Origin: the human T2T-CHM13v2.0 reference genome, Homo sapiens
DNA: 64,000 bases
Assembly: GCF_009914755.1 (NCBI RefSeq)
Contig: NC_060929.1
Direction: 5' to 3' (one strand)
The notes under the pieces are model-generated. The model saw nothing but the letters and a program-made list of their open reading frames with translations, was not told the DNA's origin and did not search any database. Made by a program: the position numbers and the translations under genes. Of this stretch, positions 22,902 through 38,900 are shown piece after piece (the first letter of the stretch is position 1; each line of letters begins with the position of its first letter).

Positions 22902-23612
22902 GGGCTGGACATGGTGGCCCACGACTGTAATCCCAGCACTTTGGTAGGCTGAGGTGGGCAGATCGCTTGAGCATTACAGGTTCAAGACCAGTCTGAGCAA
23001 CATGGCAAAACCCCATGATGTGGTTTGGCTCTGTCCCCACCCAAATCTCATCTTGAATTGCAGTTCCTATAATCCCCATGCGGAGTGGGAGGGACCTGGT
23101 TGGAGGTAATTGAATAATGGGGGCAGTTAACCTCATGCTGCTGTTCTCATGACAGTGAGTTCTCACAAGATCTGATGGTTTTACAAGGGGCTTTTCCCTC
23201 TTTGCTCAGCACTTCTCCTTCCTGCCATCATGTGAAGAAGGACACGTTTGCTTCCCCTTCTGCCATGATTGTTAAGTTTCCTGTGGCCTCCCCAGCCACG
23301 TGGAACTGTGAGCCAATTAAACCTCTTCCCTTTATAAACTACCCAGTCCCAGGCAGTTCTTTAAAGCAGCAGAGAATGGACTAGTAAACCCTGTATCTAC
23401 CAAAAAATACAGAAATTAGCCAGGCATGGTGGCATGCACCTGTACTCCCAGCTACTCAGAATGCTGAGGTGTGAGGATCACCTGAGCCCAGGGAAGCAGG
23501 CAGCTTGAGACTGCAGTGAGCCGTGATCATGCCAATGCACTCGAGCCTGGGTGAGACCCTGTTTCAAAACAAAACAAAACAAAACAAAACAAAACAAAAC
23601 AAAACAAAAAAA
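22902..23612 (+). mobile_element. AluJ split by a THE1 LTR; (AAAAC)n tail 23566-23608
   Basis: Left arm stops at aaaacccca (23015) and resumes ccctgtatctac (23389). Confidence 0.9.
23016..23388 (+). mobile_element. THE1 (MaLR) solo LTR
   Basis: tgatgtggtttggctctgtccccacccaaatctcatcttgaattg ... gagaatggactagtaaa; 5-bp TSD. Confidence 0.92.
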
Positions 23613-23741
23613 CCACCTCATTTTATTCTGAAGGTTTCTTTGACTGGGGGGGAAGAAACCTGAAAGTTTAATTACAATGGGCCTTGCAAATGCTATTTAT
23701 ATCTCCTATCCCCCACACTCATTCAAAGAGTAGTCATTTTC

Positions 23742-23776
<35 letters not shown>

Positions 23777-23779
23777 TTG

Positions 23780-24328
23780 TTTATAGTCCAGAGGTCTTTT
23801 TTTTTTTAACAGTAGCTATTTTGCCACGAATTCATAGGGAATGGGTTCCAGCAGCTCAGGCTCCTTCCCACTGGTTCTCACAAAATGTGCTTCTCTGCGT
23901 GGAGCAGGCTGGCACTTCAGTTGAACCCAGGTACCTTTCTGATAGGCTTCTTTCTTTTTCTGATCATTTTCCTCACGCGTTTCAGGAAGCTGTCTTGGCT
24001 CTTAGAGTGCTTAATGTGCTCAATACGCACATTAATTCTCTTGGCAAGAATCTTGCCCTTAACTTGTTTGTTTACAACAATGCCAACAGCATGCTGGGGA
24101 ACATTGTAGACTCTTCCCGTTTTGCCATGGTGACACCTGTGGGGCGTTCCTTTTTGAACAGTACCCATTCCCTTGATGTCTACAATATCACCTTTCTTAT
24201 AGATTCACATATACATGGACAAAGGAATAACTCCATGTTTTCTTAAAGGCCTGGAGAACATACTGGGTGTCTCTCCTCTTTCTCTTTGTGTTTCTCATTT
24301 TGGCGAATTACTGGAGGATGGCGGTTCC
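23780..24328 (-). pseudogene. RPL21: RPL21 (eL21) processed pseudogene (recalled as RPL21P56)
   Basis: ATG at 24298; [23 protein letters not shown]...[14 protein letters not shown]; intronless, frameshifted; TSD tcattatat; (TA)n tail. Confidence 0.97.
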
Positions 24329-24717
24329 ACTCATTATATTTTTGAAGCCTCATTTTGGTTTACGTTTTAAAGTATGTTATCAAAAGGAAAAACATTTAAA
24401 TTATAAAAGCACTACTACTGAGTTCAGTAAGGCATAAAGAAGAAAGTAAATATTACTTGTCATCCCATCATCCAGTGGTGGGATATTACTAATATCTGGC
24501 CTATTTTGTCCTGAACTTTCTCTGTGCACATGTGTACACACACACACACACACATAAACACACACATCTACAAGAATGCGTGGGCTACACACATCTGTGG
24601 GTATGAACTTAATGAGTCCTGATTCTACCACTTACCAAATGTGTGACCTTGGGTTATTTCTTAACCCCACTAAGCCAGGCTTTCCCTAACTGTAAAATGG
24701 AATTAAGAACAATACTC

Positions 24718-25322
<605 letters not shown>

Positions 25323-26183
25323 CTAAGGCGATGAAAGATTAAATGAGGATCTGCATGTGAAGGCTTATTACAAGTACTGACACCCCATGAACACTTAATG
25401 AAGGTGAGCCGTTAATTTGTAACTTTCTCTTGTCACTTTAAAAACACATATAGCTTGATAAGCCTTTTTGTAGCTTTGAAAAACTACCAGTTCTCCTCCA
25501 TTTCATCCCTGTCTTAGCGGGGATTTGCATATATTTGAACTCTTCAAGTTAGAATCCTGAACCTACAATTACAGTCATTGTTAATATAATGTTTATGCAC
25601 ACTTACAGTTATGTGCCAGTTCATTCTAGCTCACAACACCTCTGCGAGGTAATTGTCATTATCCCCAGTTACAGACGAGAGAATCCAGGCTGGTAAAGGA
25701 GGGCTGAGATCTAAATCCAGGCCTCCTGGCTCCACGGCTCTGTTCTTCTCACCCGGCCGCTCATTCTGACACAGCCCATCCCCAGTCAACCACACAGCCT
25801 TCCAAAGGCACTGGGTTAAGTCTGAAAGCAGTTTCCTGGCTCGAATCTGGCTGGTTCCTAATAGAGCAACTGCTATCTGCTAGGCAGGGAAGGCCCCTGG
25901 ACCAGAAGTCAAGAAACCTGGGTTCCTGGAAGTTCCCATATCCTTTTCACAGTTTCATTGCTTGCGGAGTGGGTAAAATAATATCTATCATTCCTTCTTT
26001 GTGGGATGAAGTGATAGCCAGATAAAAGTGATGATAATACTAACAATATGACAGGAGTTTAAGAAGTTATAGAAGTCTTTTGTGACTATGTACTGATACT
26101 TTTATGACTAATTACTAATACTTTCATTACTAGTTACTATAAACCAATAATAATGAAAGTTTTTGTTTTTTTACCACCCATGT

Positions 26184-26889
<706 letters not shown>

Positions 26890-27857
26890 TCATTAACAAC
26901 TTTTTCTTGATATCATCATGTCCTTCATTCCACATTAACCAGCCTGCCCGAGTTTCCACCAGATCTTGCTTGCTACCCTGATTCCGAGTCTCCCCCACAC
27001 TGCTCCATGTGTAAACTGGAAAGTAGTCCTAACAGGGTCACAGCTCCCCTTCATACCCTTTCCCCGCAGACTGCATTTATAAATGGGCTAAACTCCACCC
27101 TCCTTGGGGTTAAAGTGAGGTGGGCCCTTTGTACAGCGCCACATGTAAACAACGTGGCTTTTGAGATGTCCCCTAAAGCCTGGAGAGGAAGCCACGTTTT
27201 TCATTTGTGAGAAAATTATTCAAGGTTCTATCTGGTCCTTTGCTTTTCCCAACTAGGAGGTTTTTCAGCTGATGGAGAATGGTGGTGGACCAGATAAGAT
27301 CAGAACTGAGGCTGGAGTCCTAAAGTTGCTTTTCTGGAGGATTTCCTAGAGTTGGAGAACATGGAATAATTAGGAAGGGGCATCTGATCCTTGAGGTCAA
27401 TTTGGAAGAATTGAGGGAGCTACCTACCCTCAATTCAGTGTTTCCTGAATGTGGTTCATTGACTTGTAAAGAGGAGACATTTTGATATATCATTGTAAGA
27501 GAGCAAGTCAAGGTGAAACACTCAATTGAATGGTAATTGCTTGGGAAGAGAAGAAGGGTCAAAGTGGTTGAACTTAATGATGCAAAAAGAATGATCATGA
27601 GAAGATAATTATAAACGGAGTGAGAGATGTTAGGCAAAGGTGAGGGACTTCAAGTCAGCTATAAAGAAAATGATTAGAAACCTATTCTTGGAAGCAGATG
27701 TCCATCAGAGTGAGAAACAGAGACCATAAAGGAATATCTTCAAGCTTCTCGATTTTTAACAATGTGCATATGTTTTGTTTTCCATATATTTACGTATTAC
27801 TGAGTATAGAAATGATTTTTGTCAAGACCAAGTGGTAAGGACTTGGTTGTTATAAAA

Positions 27858-27986
27858 TAAGATTGTCAGATTTAGCAAATGAAAAATTCCATGTGATTTT
27901 TGGGATCTACTTAGAGTAAAATAATTACTCATTTTTCATCTGTGATTCAAATTTAACTGGGTCGCCTATATTTTATCTGGCAGTGT
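27858..27986. mobile_element. hAT-Charlie MITE fragment (MER33-like)
   Basis: Ends ttgtcagatttagcaaat ... tattttatctggca. Confidence 0.6.
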
Positions 27987-28414
27987 TAGTATAAACCTGT
28001 GTAAGGAAAGGCACCAGCCCCTGCTAGATGAAGGTTTGCTGGGGAAAGGAACAGTCTCTGGGATACTATCCAGCTTCAACTCTCCTTTATAGAAGGCCCT
28101 TCATGGTAACACAGCACTCACTATTATAAAACCATCTGGCAGGGCTGGGTGTGGGCCCCGCCTAGAGGTGAGCAATGGCTGTAATTGATTTTCTGCTTCT
28201 GAGTTTACGTTGCCCAATGCCCAGTTCTCAGGGATAGGTCAAAGCAGAAGACCTCTGTGAGTGGGAACAAGTTTCTTTAAACAAGAAACAAGTTTCTTTT
28301 ATCATATACAACTGAGCACAAATTATTCATGTTTTTGAGACTGTGAAAGGTAGAAATGGAAGAAGATATTGTTACCACGTCAGAAGAATGGGAGATGAGA
28401 AGAATTCTTTCTCT

Positions 28415-28527
28415 CTCTCCGTCAGATGCCAGTAAGCAATCGGACTATCAAACATCTCCAGACATTGCCAAATGTCCCTGCGGGGATAGGGGAAGGGTGT
28501 GTAAAATACCTGATTGAGAATCACTGG
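28415..28527 (+). mobile_element. MER20 3' fragment
   Basis: tctccagacattgccaaatgtccc ... ttgagaatcactg. Confidence 0.7.
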
Positions 28528-28969
28528 CTTACAATATCAGGCATCATCCTAGACACTCAGCCTCTCCTCCTCAACAAGCCTTTAAGGTAGACGGTTTAAA
28601 TATAAGGACAGGAAATGTCAAATGACTTACCCAGAATCTCACGGATAATCATTATGGGATTTGAACTTTAAACCTAGGTCTTTCTTATTCCACTACGTCT
28701 CCACACTGCCATATAACACACAGTTCCAACACCAAAGGAACTTCAGAGCTATCTGGAGAGGTGTGATGTGAACCAAGTAAGTTTCAGTGTGTTCCCTGGA
28801 GAATGAGTGATGTGAGCACTCAGAAGAGAGAGCTAACAGTGGGAGGGAAGTCAGGGAACGTGTCCTGCACAGATTAGAATGTTCTTTGCATATTTGTGGG
28901 CAAACAGTGAGTTTGTGCAGAGAAGTGGCAGGAAGTAAGATCCGGACAGATAGCATTGGGTAGCAATTA

Positions 28970-29195
28970 AGAGTAAGCACTGGTTCCAGGTAGACTCTCA
29001 GATCCAGCTCCTCTACTTATTAGTTGTGTGACCATGAGCTACTTAGATAATCTTGTCCAGTTTCATTGCCTGTAAAATGGGTTGCTGTAATAATAGTACA
29101 TATTCTAAGATTGTAATAGGGATTTAATGACCTAATACATAAAAGGCTTACAACAGGTCTTGGCATCCTGTATGTGTTCAATACATGCTAGCTAC
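28970..29195 (+). mobile_element. MIR
   Basis: acttattagttgtgtgacc ... ctgtaaaatggg. Confidence 0.65.
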
Positions 29196-29375
29196 TTAGT
29201 ACTTGGTTCTGTTGGACTTCAAATAGAGTTTAGAATCTATATTGTAAATAATGGCAGCTTTTGAATCAAGACCTGCAAAGATGTTCCAGAGGCACCACAA
29301 TCCCCCTTCCTGTGTGCACTGGAAGATCACAAATTAGTATATCTTTGGATCAGAAACCATTCTCCGGTTCCATGA

Positions 29376-29772
<397 letters not shown>

Positions 29773-30556
29773 TGAGGACATCTTCCCAACAGAGCTGCGA
29801 AGAGGGAAAGAGACATGGGCATCTGTTCAGACGTCATTCACTCATCCATCCATTCAATCAACATTTACTGAATACCTTTTTAATTCTGGGCATCATGTTT
29901 CCATTAACTACATCTGGAACACCAATAAGTCACCACCCCGTCTGTGTGTCAGCTGAAAGTTGATTGGATAGAATTGTCATTGTTTAGTTTCAGGACAATT
30001 CAAAGTTATATTTGTGGATTGTGTCAGAATCCTGAGGTTTCTTCTCATGCTTTGCTTGGTGCCACTGCTGGGCCTTGTGTTTGTGGAGAGCTGGTGGCCC
30101 TGGATGTGGTCGGGGATCTTCTCCTGGGAATTTCCGCTTTCTTCCTTTCTTCAGCTTTTTACAGCTGCATAAGGTTTAGATCTGTTAGCAAACACTTGTA
30201 TAATTATGCCCCTCTCTGTTTACAGATTTAGGATAAATTGTCCTAATGGGAAAATATCTGTCCTTTAGAGTAATTTGGATCAAGGCTTTTTATTTTTTGT
30301 TTGTGTCTGGTTCACTTGCCTTTCTAAAAATCATTTTGCTGTCTGTTTCACTCATGAATCATCTATTGTTGATATACAACAGCACTCAATAAACCTCGTT
30401 AAAAATCTTGTCTTGATCTAAAAGTAGTTGACATTGGGGAAATATGTGACCCATCCATATGCTGTCTCATAGATACTGAATTGAAGGAAACATTGGATTA
30501 TTGTAAGGCTCTTTGGGGACATCTGATAAGAAGCCCACAGAAATGACAAGCCAGAG

Positions 30557-31558
30557 GTCTGTGCTGAGCTGTGACATGAGTCTCTGTTCTGTAGGGTGGG
30601 GTTTGTTAAAGTTGTCAGGAATAAGGCCTACTTTAAAAGATACAAAATGAAATTTAGAAGACGACAAGAGGGTAAAACCGATTACTATGCTAAGAAACGC
30701 TTGGTGATAGAGGATAAAAATAAGTACAACACACCCAAATACAGGATGAGAGTTCGCGTAACAGAGATATCATTTGTCAGATTGCGTATGCCCATGTAGA
30801 AGGGGATATGATAGTCTGCACAGCTTATGCACACACTGCCAAAATTTGGTGTGAAGGTTGGCTGACAAATTCTGCTGCAGCATATTGTACTGGCCTGCTG
30901 CTGGCTCGGAGGCTTTTCAGTAGGTTTGGCATGGGCAAGATCTAGGAATGCCAAGTGGTGGTGACTGGAGATGAATACAATGTGGAAAGCATTGATGGCC
31001 AGCCCGGTGCCTTTACCTGCTATTTGGATGCAGGCCTTGCCAGAACTACCACTGACAATACAGTTTTGGAGGCCCTGAAGGAAGCTGTGAATGGAGGCTT
31101 GTCTATCCCTTGCAGTACCAGACGATTCCCTGGTTATGATTCTGAAAGCAAGGAACTTAATGCAGAAGTTAATGCATTGGAAGCACATCACGTGTCAGAA
31201 TGTTGCAGATTACATGCGTTACCTAATGGAAGATGAAGATGCTTACCAGAAACCATTCTCTCAATACATAAAGAACAGCATAACTCCAGACATGATGGGG
31301 ATGTATAAGAAGGCTCATGCTGCTATGCAAGAGAATCCAATCTATGAGAAGAAGCCTAAGAAAGAAGTTGAAAAGCAGAGGTGGAACTATCCCAAAATGT
31401 CCCTTGCCCAGAAGAAAGATCAGGTAGCTCAAAAGTAGGCAAGCTTCCTCAGAGCTCAGGAGCGGGCTACTAAGACCTAAACCAAACAATTTTCTATGAA
31501 GATTTTTCAGATAAAGACAATCAACTTATTTACTAAGCAGCTGAAGAAAAGGAAACAG
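30557..31558 (+). pseudogene. RPL5: RPL5 (uL18) processed pseudogene (recalled as RPL5P14)
   Basis: [15 protein letters not shown]... and ...[15 protein letters not shown]; start mutated to GTG at 30596; multiple stops and frameshifts; degenerate 17-bp TSD at 30540-30556 / 31559-31575. Confidence 0.97.
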
Positions 31559-31791
31559 GAAATGACCGACCAGAGCCTTGACCACCATGCTGGAAAACCT
31601 CATTTCAGTTCATGTGTCTTAAGGCATCACAGTCAAGAAGCATTTGTATTCATTCATTCCACAGTCAAACCTACTATATGCAAAGTTAGATTACAGCTGA
31701 ATAATTAAATGTATAAAGGTGAACCTTGATTTGAATTCTTCAGCTTTGTGGGAGATAGCAATGCACCCTCCCTATCAGAAAGTGAACTTGG

Positions 31792-32423
<632 letters not shown>

Positions 32424-32549
32424 TTATTTCCCCAGGCAATGTAAACCTGTGTACAGCTTGCTTTTCAGTCAGTTTGGCCAATAAGCATGAATGCTTCTTT
32501 TTGCAGTGTTTCCTCCCTCTGAATAGCTAAAAATACCTAATGATAAGAG

Positions 32550-32800
32550 GCAGTGGTGTAATGATTACGCACACCCTTTTGAGTCAGACCAAATGGGTTT
32601 GAATTAGGACTCCAGCATTTATTAGCCGTGTTACTTAACCTCTTTGTGACTCAGTTTCCTTGTGTTAGAATAAGACTAATAATTATACCCACTTCACAGG
32701 GCTACTGCAAAAAAATGAGATAATCTAAATAAAGTACTTAGCACAGTGCCCAATATAATTATAGTAAGAGCTTAATAAGTCATAGCTATTATTATCATTA
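32550..32800 (+). mobile_element. MIR
   Basis: ttacttaacctctttgtgactcagtttcct ... acttagcacagtgcc. Confidence 0.7.
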
Positions 32801-32870
32801 TCATCATCAACTAATTATTTAAACACATTAAAAAGCAATACGTCCTGTACACAGAACAGGAGCGAAGCTA

Positions 32871-33485
<615 letters not shown>

Positions 33486-33781
33486 CTTATCATCTAGTTA
33501 ATGTCCACAGTTGGGCATATTTTTAGCGATGCCCATCCCAATAAGGAAAACAAAGGTCCGATGTTTTGAGAGAACATTACATTCTCATGGCACCTTGTTT
33601 GTGAGTTAGGGAACACAGGGGTTCAGGATCTTTACTCCCACATATGATGGAATAACAGTGGAACGCTATAGTTCTAGAAGGGAATAGAAGGCGTTTTCTA
33701 GCCTCACTTCTGCTTAAACATGCAAAACTATCACTTAGGATGGAGTCTGATAGATGGAGATTGCACAGTGTTATCAGATGA

Positions 33782-34149
<368 letters not shown>

Positions 34150-34279
34150 TCCCAAATTCTAAAGTTGTATTTTGAGTCTCTTACCTCTTATGTCCTCTGT
34201 AGAGATGATGAACAGCTGGTCGGTATCCTCTTTATAATAACCCTTCAAGTAGGAAAAGGCTGTTAAGTTTGCCTTTAGG

Positions 34280-34700
34280 CACTTTTTTTTCACTCTAGAC
34301 TAAACAACTCCAAATCCCTTAACTTCCCCTCATAAGTTCTATTTTCTGTCTCTTTAATCATTTAGGTTCTCCTTTGGAACCTTTCCAGTGTCTCCACATC
34401 TTCCTTAAAATAAGAGGCATCAGATTGGACATACCCCCACCCCCCACAACCCACCAGTAAGAGTCTGTCTGCTGTCAAATTCTTTATTATGGGGTAGGGA
34501 GAAGGGGGGCACTTCCTTTTCCTGTCAAACTCCCACCAGCGTGAATTCACCCCAGCACTGCATTGCCTATTTCTTATCAGTGCAATATGCAGATTCCTAT
34601 TAAATGCATGATCTGCTGTGATCCTCACCTCTTTGTCAGTTTTTCTTGAATCTAGACATTAAGCCCCATTTGTGCCTGTCATTTTGATCATCACCCCTGA
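34280..34700 (-). mobile_element. Ancient L3/CR1 LINE fragment
   Basis: Minus frame VQSDASYFKEDVETLERFQRRT resembles the CR1 ORF2 C-terminal motif (PxxKKDxxxLERVQRRAT). Confidence 0.65.
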
Positions 34701-35072
34701 GGATACCACTTTGAAATCAGCCATCATGCTGAACTCTAAACTGTTTTTAATGAACCATTTCCTTAATGTGTGGAAGCTACTTTGGATTCTGTTAACGTAT
34801 CAGCAGTTCCCACTCAAATTAATGTTATTTGTAGACTCTGGGTATGCATATAGCAATTTCAAGTATTATTTAAACCAGACCCAAGACAAAATCGTAGACC
34901 ACATGCTAAGCACCCCTTTGTTTACTGGGCCATTGATCTCTTTTCCAGTCAGCAGTGAAACCTCAGTTAGGGAAAAGACGCACCAGATCATATCTTTCTG
35001 GCCTGCTGATGAGAATGGCATATGGATGCAAAAGCTTTCCTGAAATTAAGGTATTAGGCAGATGTGGTCACA

Positions 35073-36123
<1,051 letters not shown>

Positions 36124-37429
36124 TAAACAGCATTGATGTACACATCATCAATTATGTACCTGGATTGAAGGAGTGGAGAAAGAAGCTAAAACATTGGGAA
36201 ACTGTTGTGGAAAAAACACTCAGAAAGGAAGCAAAGGAGCACTTCTCAAATTATTATTAGAAAATTATTCAATTTGAACTTAATTCCCATAAAACTTATA
36301 GGATGCTAATGAAAGACTACCACTTCCTGGCAGAAGAGTGGGAAAAGGGAAGGGGGTGGAGCCAGCATTCACTGAGACCCTTATAATATGTGTAAGCCAG
36401 ACACTTTGTGTTAGAGAATTCTAATACCCTTGGTTTTTTCTGAAATCATCAGCATAATTTGCTTTGACCCAGGAATTGCGATGTTTGGAGGACTGGTCTA
36501 CAAAGCTTGTTCTCACTGGGCACATGTAGTGTTCTCCTAAACTCCATGAGGTATTGTTGGTTGCAGTACCCAAAACTTCTTGAAATAAATCTTATCCTGG
36601 GGTTCTGTTTCCTTTTGGTTCTTCCGAAGGAGGAATACCATGACCTGACACTCCTTGCCTGTTTCTGGGTTGGCTGTTGTGCCCACCTGAATGAAGCAAC
36701 TAGGGGTAATTCCAGGACTGGTAATGATGATAATTATTTACTATGTGCTCTGGGGCTGCTTCTGAGAGTGGGCAGATTTCCAGCCCAGGCTTGACATGGG
36801 TTGGCCCCTCCTGGGCTTTAATTACCCATTCCGGTGGCAGTAATGGTACTGGAATTGAAGCTTTCTTTTGCCTCCTCCATTATAATTAATTGCTTCGAAT
36901 TCCACCAGATCTGTCCGTTGCAAAGCTCATTTACTTTTAGGGGCTGCTGGATGCCCACAACCAGAGCTTAGAGCCAGAGGGGTGGAGTGGGACTGGGGTG
37001 TGACTTAACCTGAACCCCAAGGAGTGGAGTGTGTGCCTGCCTGTGCAAGTCCCGGGAGGGAGGCCCAGGGCTTGAGTGAGTTTGTTTGCACTGAGATTGG
37101 TGCCATCAACCTCAGGAGCTCTCCATTCCTCTAGCTCAGGTCCCTGGGAGCTCCACCCTGGGTGCCTTTTGAAGCCAGGTGAAATGTGTTTTGAGCAGAC
37201 GTTCCATAAAGGCTTGAGGTTTGGCACCAGTGACGCTTTTACTTTTCAACAAGTGTCAGGAGTGGAAAAATGGAAGAGAATACAGCTGAAGTTTTGAAAA
37301 GCAATGAAATGTGGGGTGACTCCCCCTCCCGCTGCCAGCCCCCCTCCCCTGCTTTAAGAAAAGCAAACACTCTTTTCCTGTCTTATTTGTGTTCCCATTA
37401 ATTTAAGACAGGAAGCCTCAGTGGGTGTG

Positions 37430-38900
37430 ATGTAAACAATTCGGCCTCGTGGGTCGGGCTTCCTCATCAGTTTGCAGCTGGAGCGATGGCTGCAGGGCCC
37501 AGGCCCACTCAGGCCTCCTGGGGGAGGGCTTGTTGACTGAACCCCACAGAAGGTGGGAGGGGTAGGGGAGCGGGAGAAGGTATAAAGGAAATGCTTCAGT
37601 CGTGCAGTCACCGGCGATTGTAATTCAGCGGTGTTAACTTTGGTTACTCCAGCCGAAAGGCTCTGACCGGGGATTTCTGGAAAGTTCCCTGACATCCTGC
37701 CCCATACGATGGTTGTGATTTTAGCTGGGGGCTCCACCCCTGTAAGAACTCAGGCTGCCGCGGATTATGAAACGGAGTGGTCATGAAGTGAATTGATGTG
37801 GGAAGGTGGAGCTTCTTGCAATGGCTCGGAGGGAGAACTTTTGGTGCAAACGAGGGTCTAGGGTAGGGCGCTTTTTCCTCTAACCTGCTCCAGGTTTGCC
37901 CCAGGAAGCTCCTGAGCCCTCGGTGTAAACAAAGGTGTCTGGATGAGAAGCCCCAAACTCCCTGAAATCCTCCCCAGGGCGGTTTCCTTTTCCCGGCGAG
38001 GGGAGTGACCGGGGAGGGGATCTTGGAATGCCGTGGGGTTTTGACAAGTGAGCAGGGGAGTGGCGAGCCGAGTTTAGGATTGCATTACAGGCTTTTCCTA
38101 ACCTCCTCCACCGCGGCGCGGAGGGAGGAGGGGGGGGTCCTCCCACAGACCTGGAGCCGGCGGAGAGCAGCCTTCGGGAAGTCCTGCAGGAGCCGCGTTC
38201 CAGGAGGGCAGCTGGCAGCCGCCCCAGGCCCCCGGGCCGCCTGCAGGTGATTAGGCTAATGAGCTGCCCCGGGGGCGCGGAGACCGGCCTGGCGAGCGGA
38301 TTACCCGGCGCCCAGCTGCTGCCGGCGGAGACTCCCAGGAGCTCCGGAGAGGAACCCTCCGAAGGTGACTTCAGAACTGGAGGTAGGAAATCGGCTTCTC
38401 AGGCGAAAGCCTCAGGTTTTCTGATCTGATCCAGGTCGGGTGCAGACTGGGGCTGAATCCACAAATGTGGAGATTTAGCCACAGCCTCGGAGGCGCGGAG
38501 CGGCCACCTAAGCGTCTGCCCTTCTCGTCTCCCGGATCACTGGGGTGTGTTGTTTTTAAAGTGGGGGATTTGCGTGTTGAGAGACGGTTTGTGTTCCTCG
38601 GGAGGAGTAAGTGACTTGGAGCTGGTTTGTCAATGGCTGGACGGAAGGAGGCGCCCCGGCTGTGTGTGACGGGCAGGGAAGGGGTGCCCAGAGGGGACAG
38701 GTAATAGGGGGTTCCGGAGCCACGGCGGTTTCAGAACCTTGGGGGCTGTGCCGTTGAAGCCCCGGTAGGGGCGGGGGGCATGGCAGCAGCCCGGGAAATC
38801 TGTCATACTGTCCCCCATCCCTCGCTAGCAGCAGAATGACTGAGACGGAGCAAAGCTGCTTTCTCTACCCGCGGGAACTGTGGATGATTTCACAAGAAGT
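37430..38900 (+). promoter_or_regulatory. CpG island / promoter
   Basis: Sharp rise in GC and CpG, repeat-free, core ~37950-38560; GC-rich boxes, FOX motifs tgtaaaca at 37431 and 37924, plus-strand donors at 38246|38247 and 38382|38383. Confidence 0.85.
38259..38382 (+). CDS. Candidate coding part of an alternative first exon (41 codons + 1 nt)
   Basis: ATG (weak Kozak) open to donor GAG|GTAGGA; MSCPGGAETGLASGLPGAQLLPAETPRSSGEEPSEGDFRTG; no homology support. Confidence 0.3.

Noticed and set aside
23821-24246. 141-aa plus-strand ORF (and the similar 168-aa ORF at 30685-31191)
   Set aside because: Antisense shadow frames of ribosomal-protein pseudogenes.
28266-28299. aacaagtttcttt repeated with a 21-bp period
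   Set aside because: Ordinary slippage micro-duplication.
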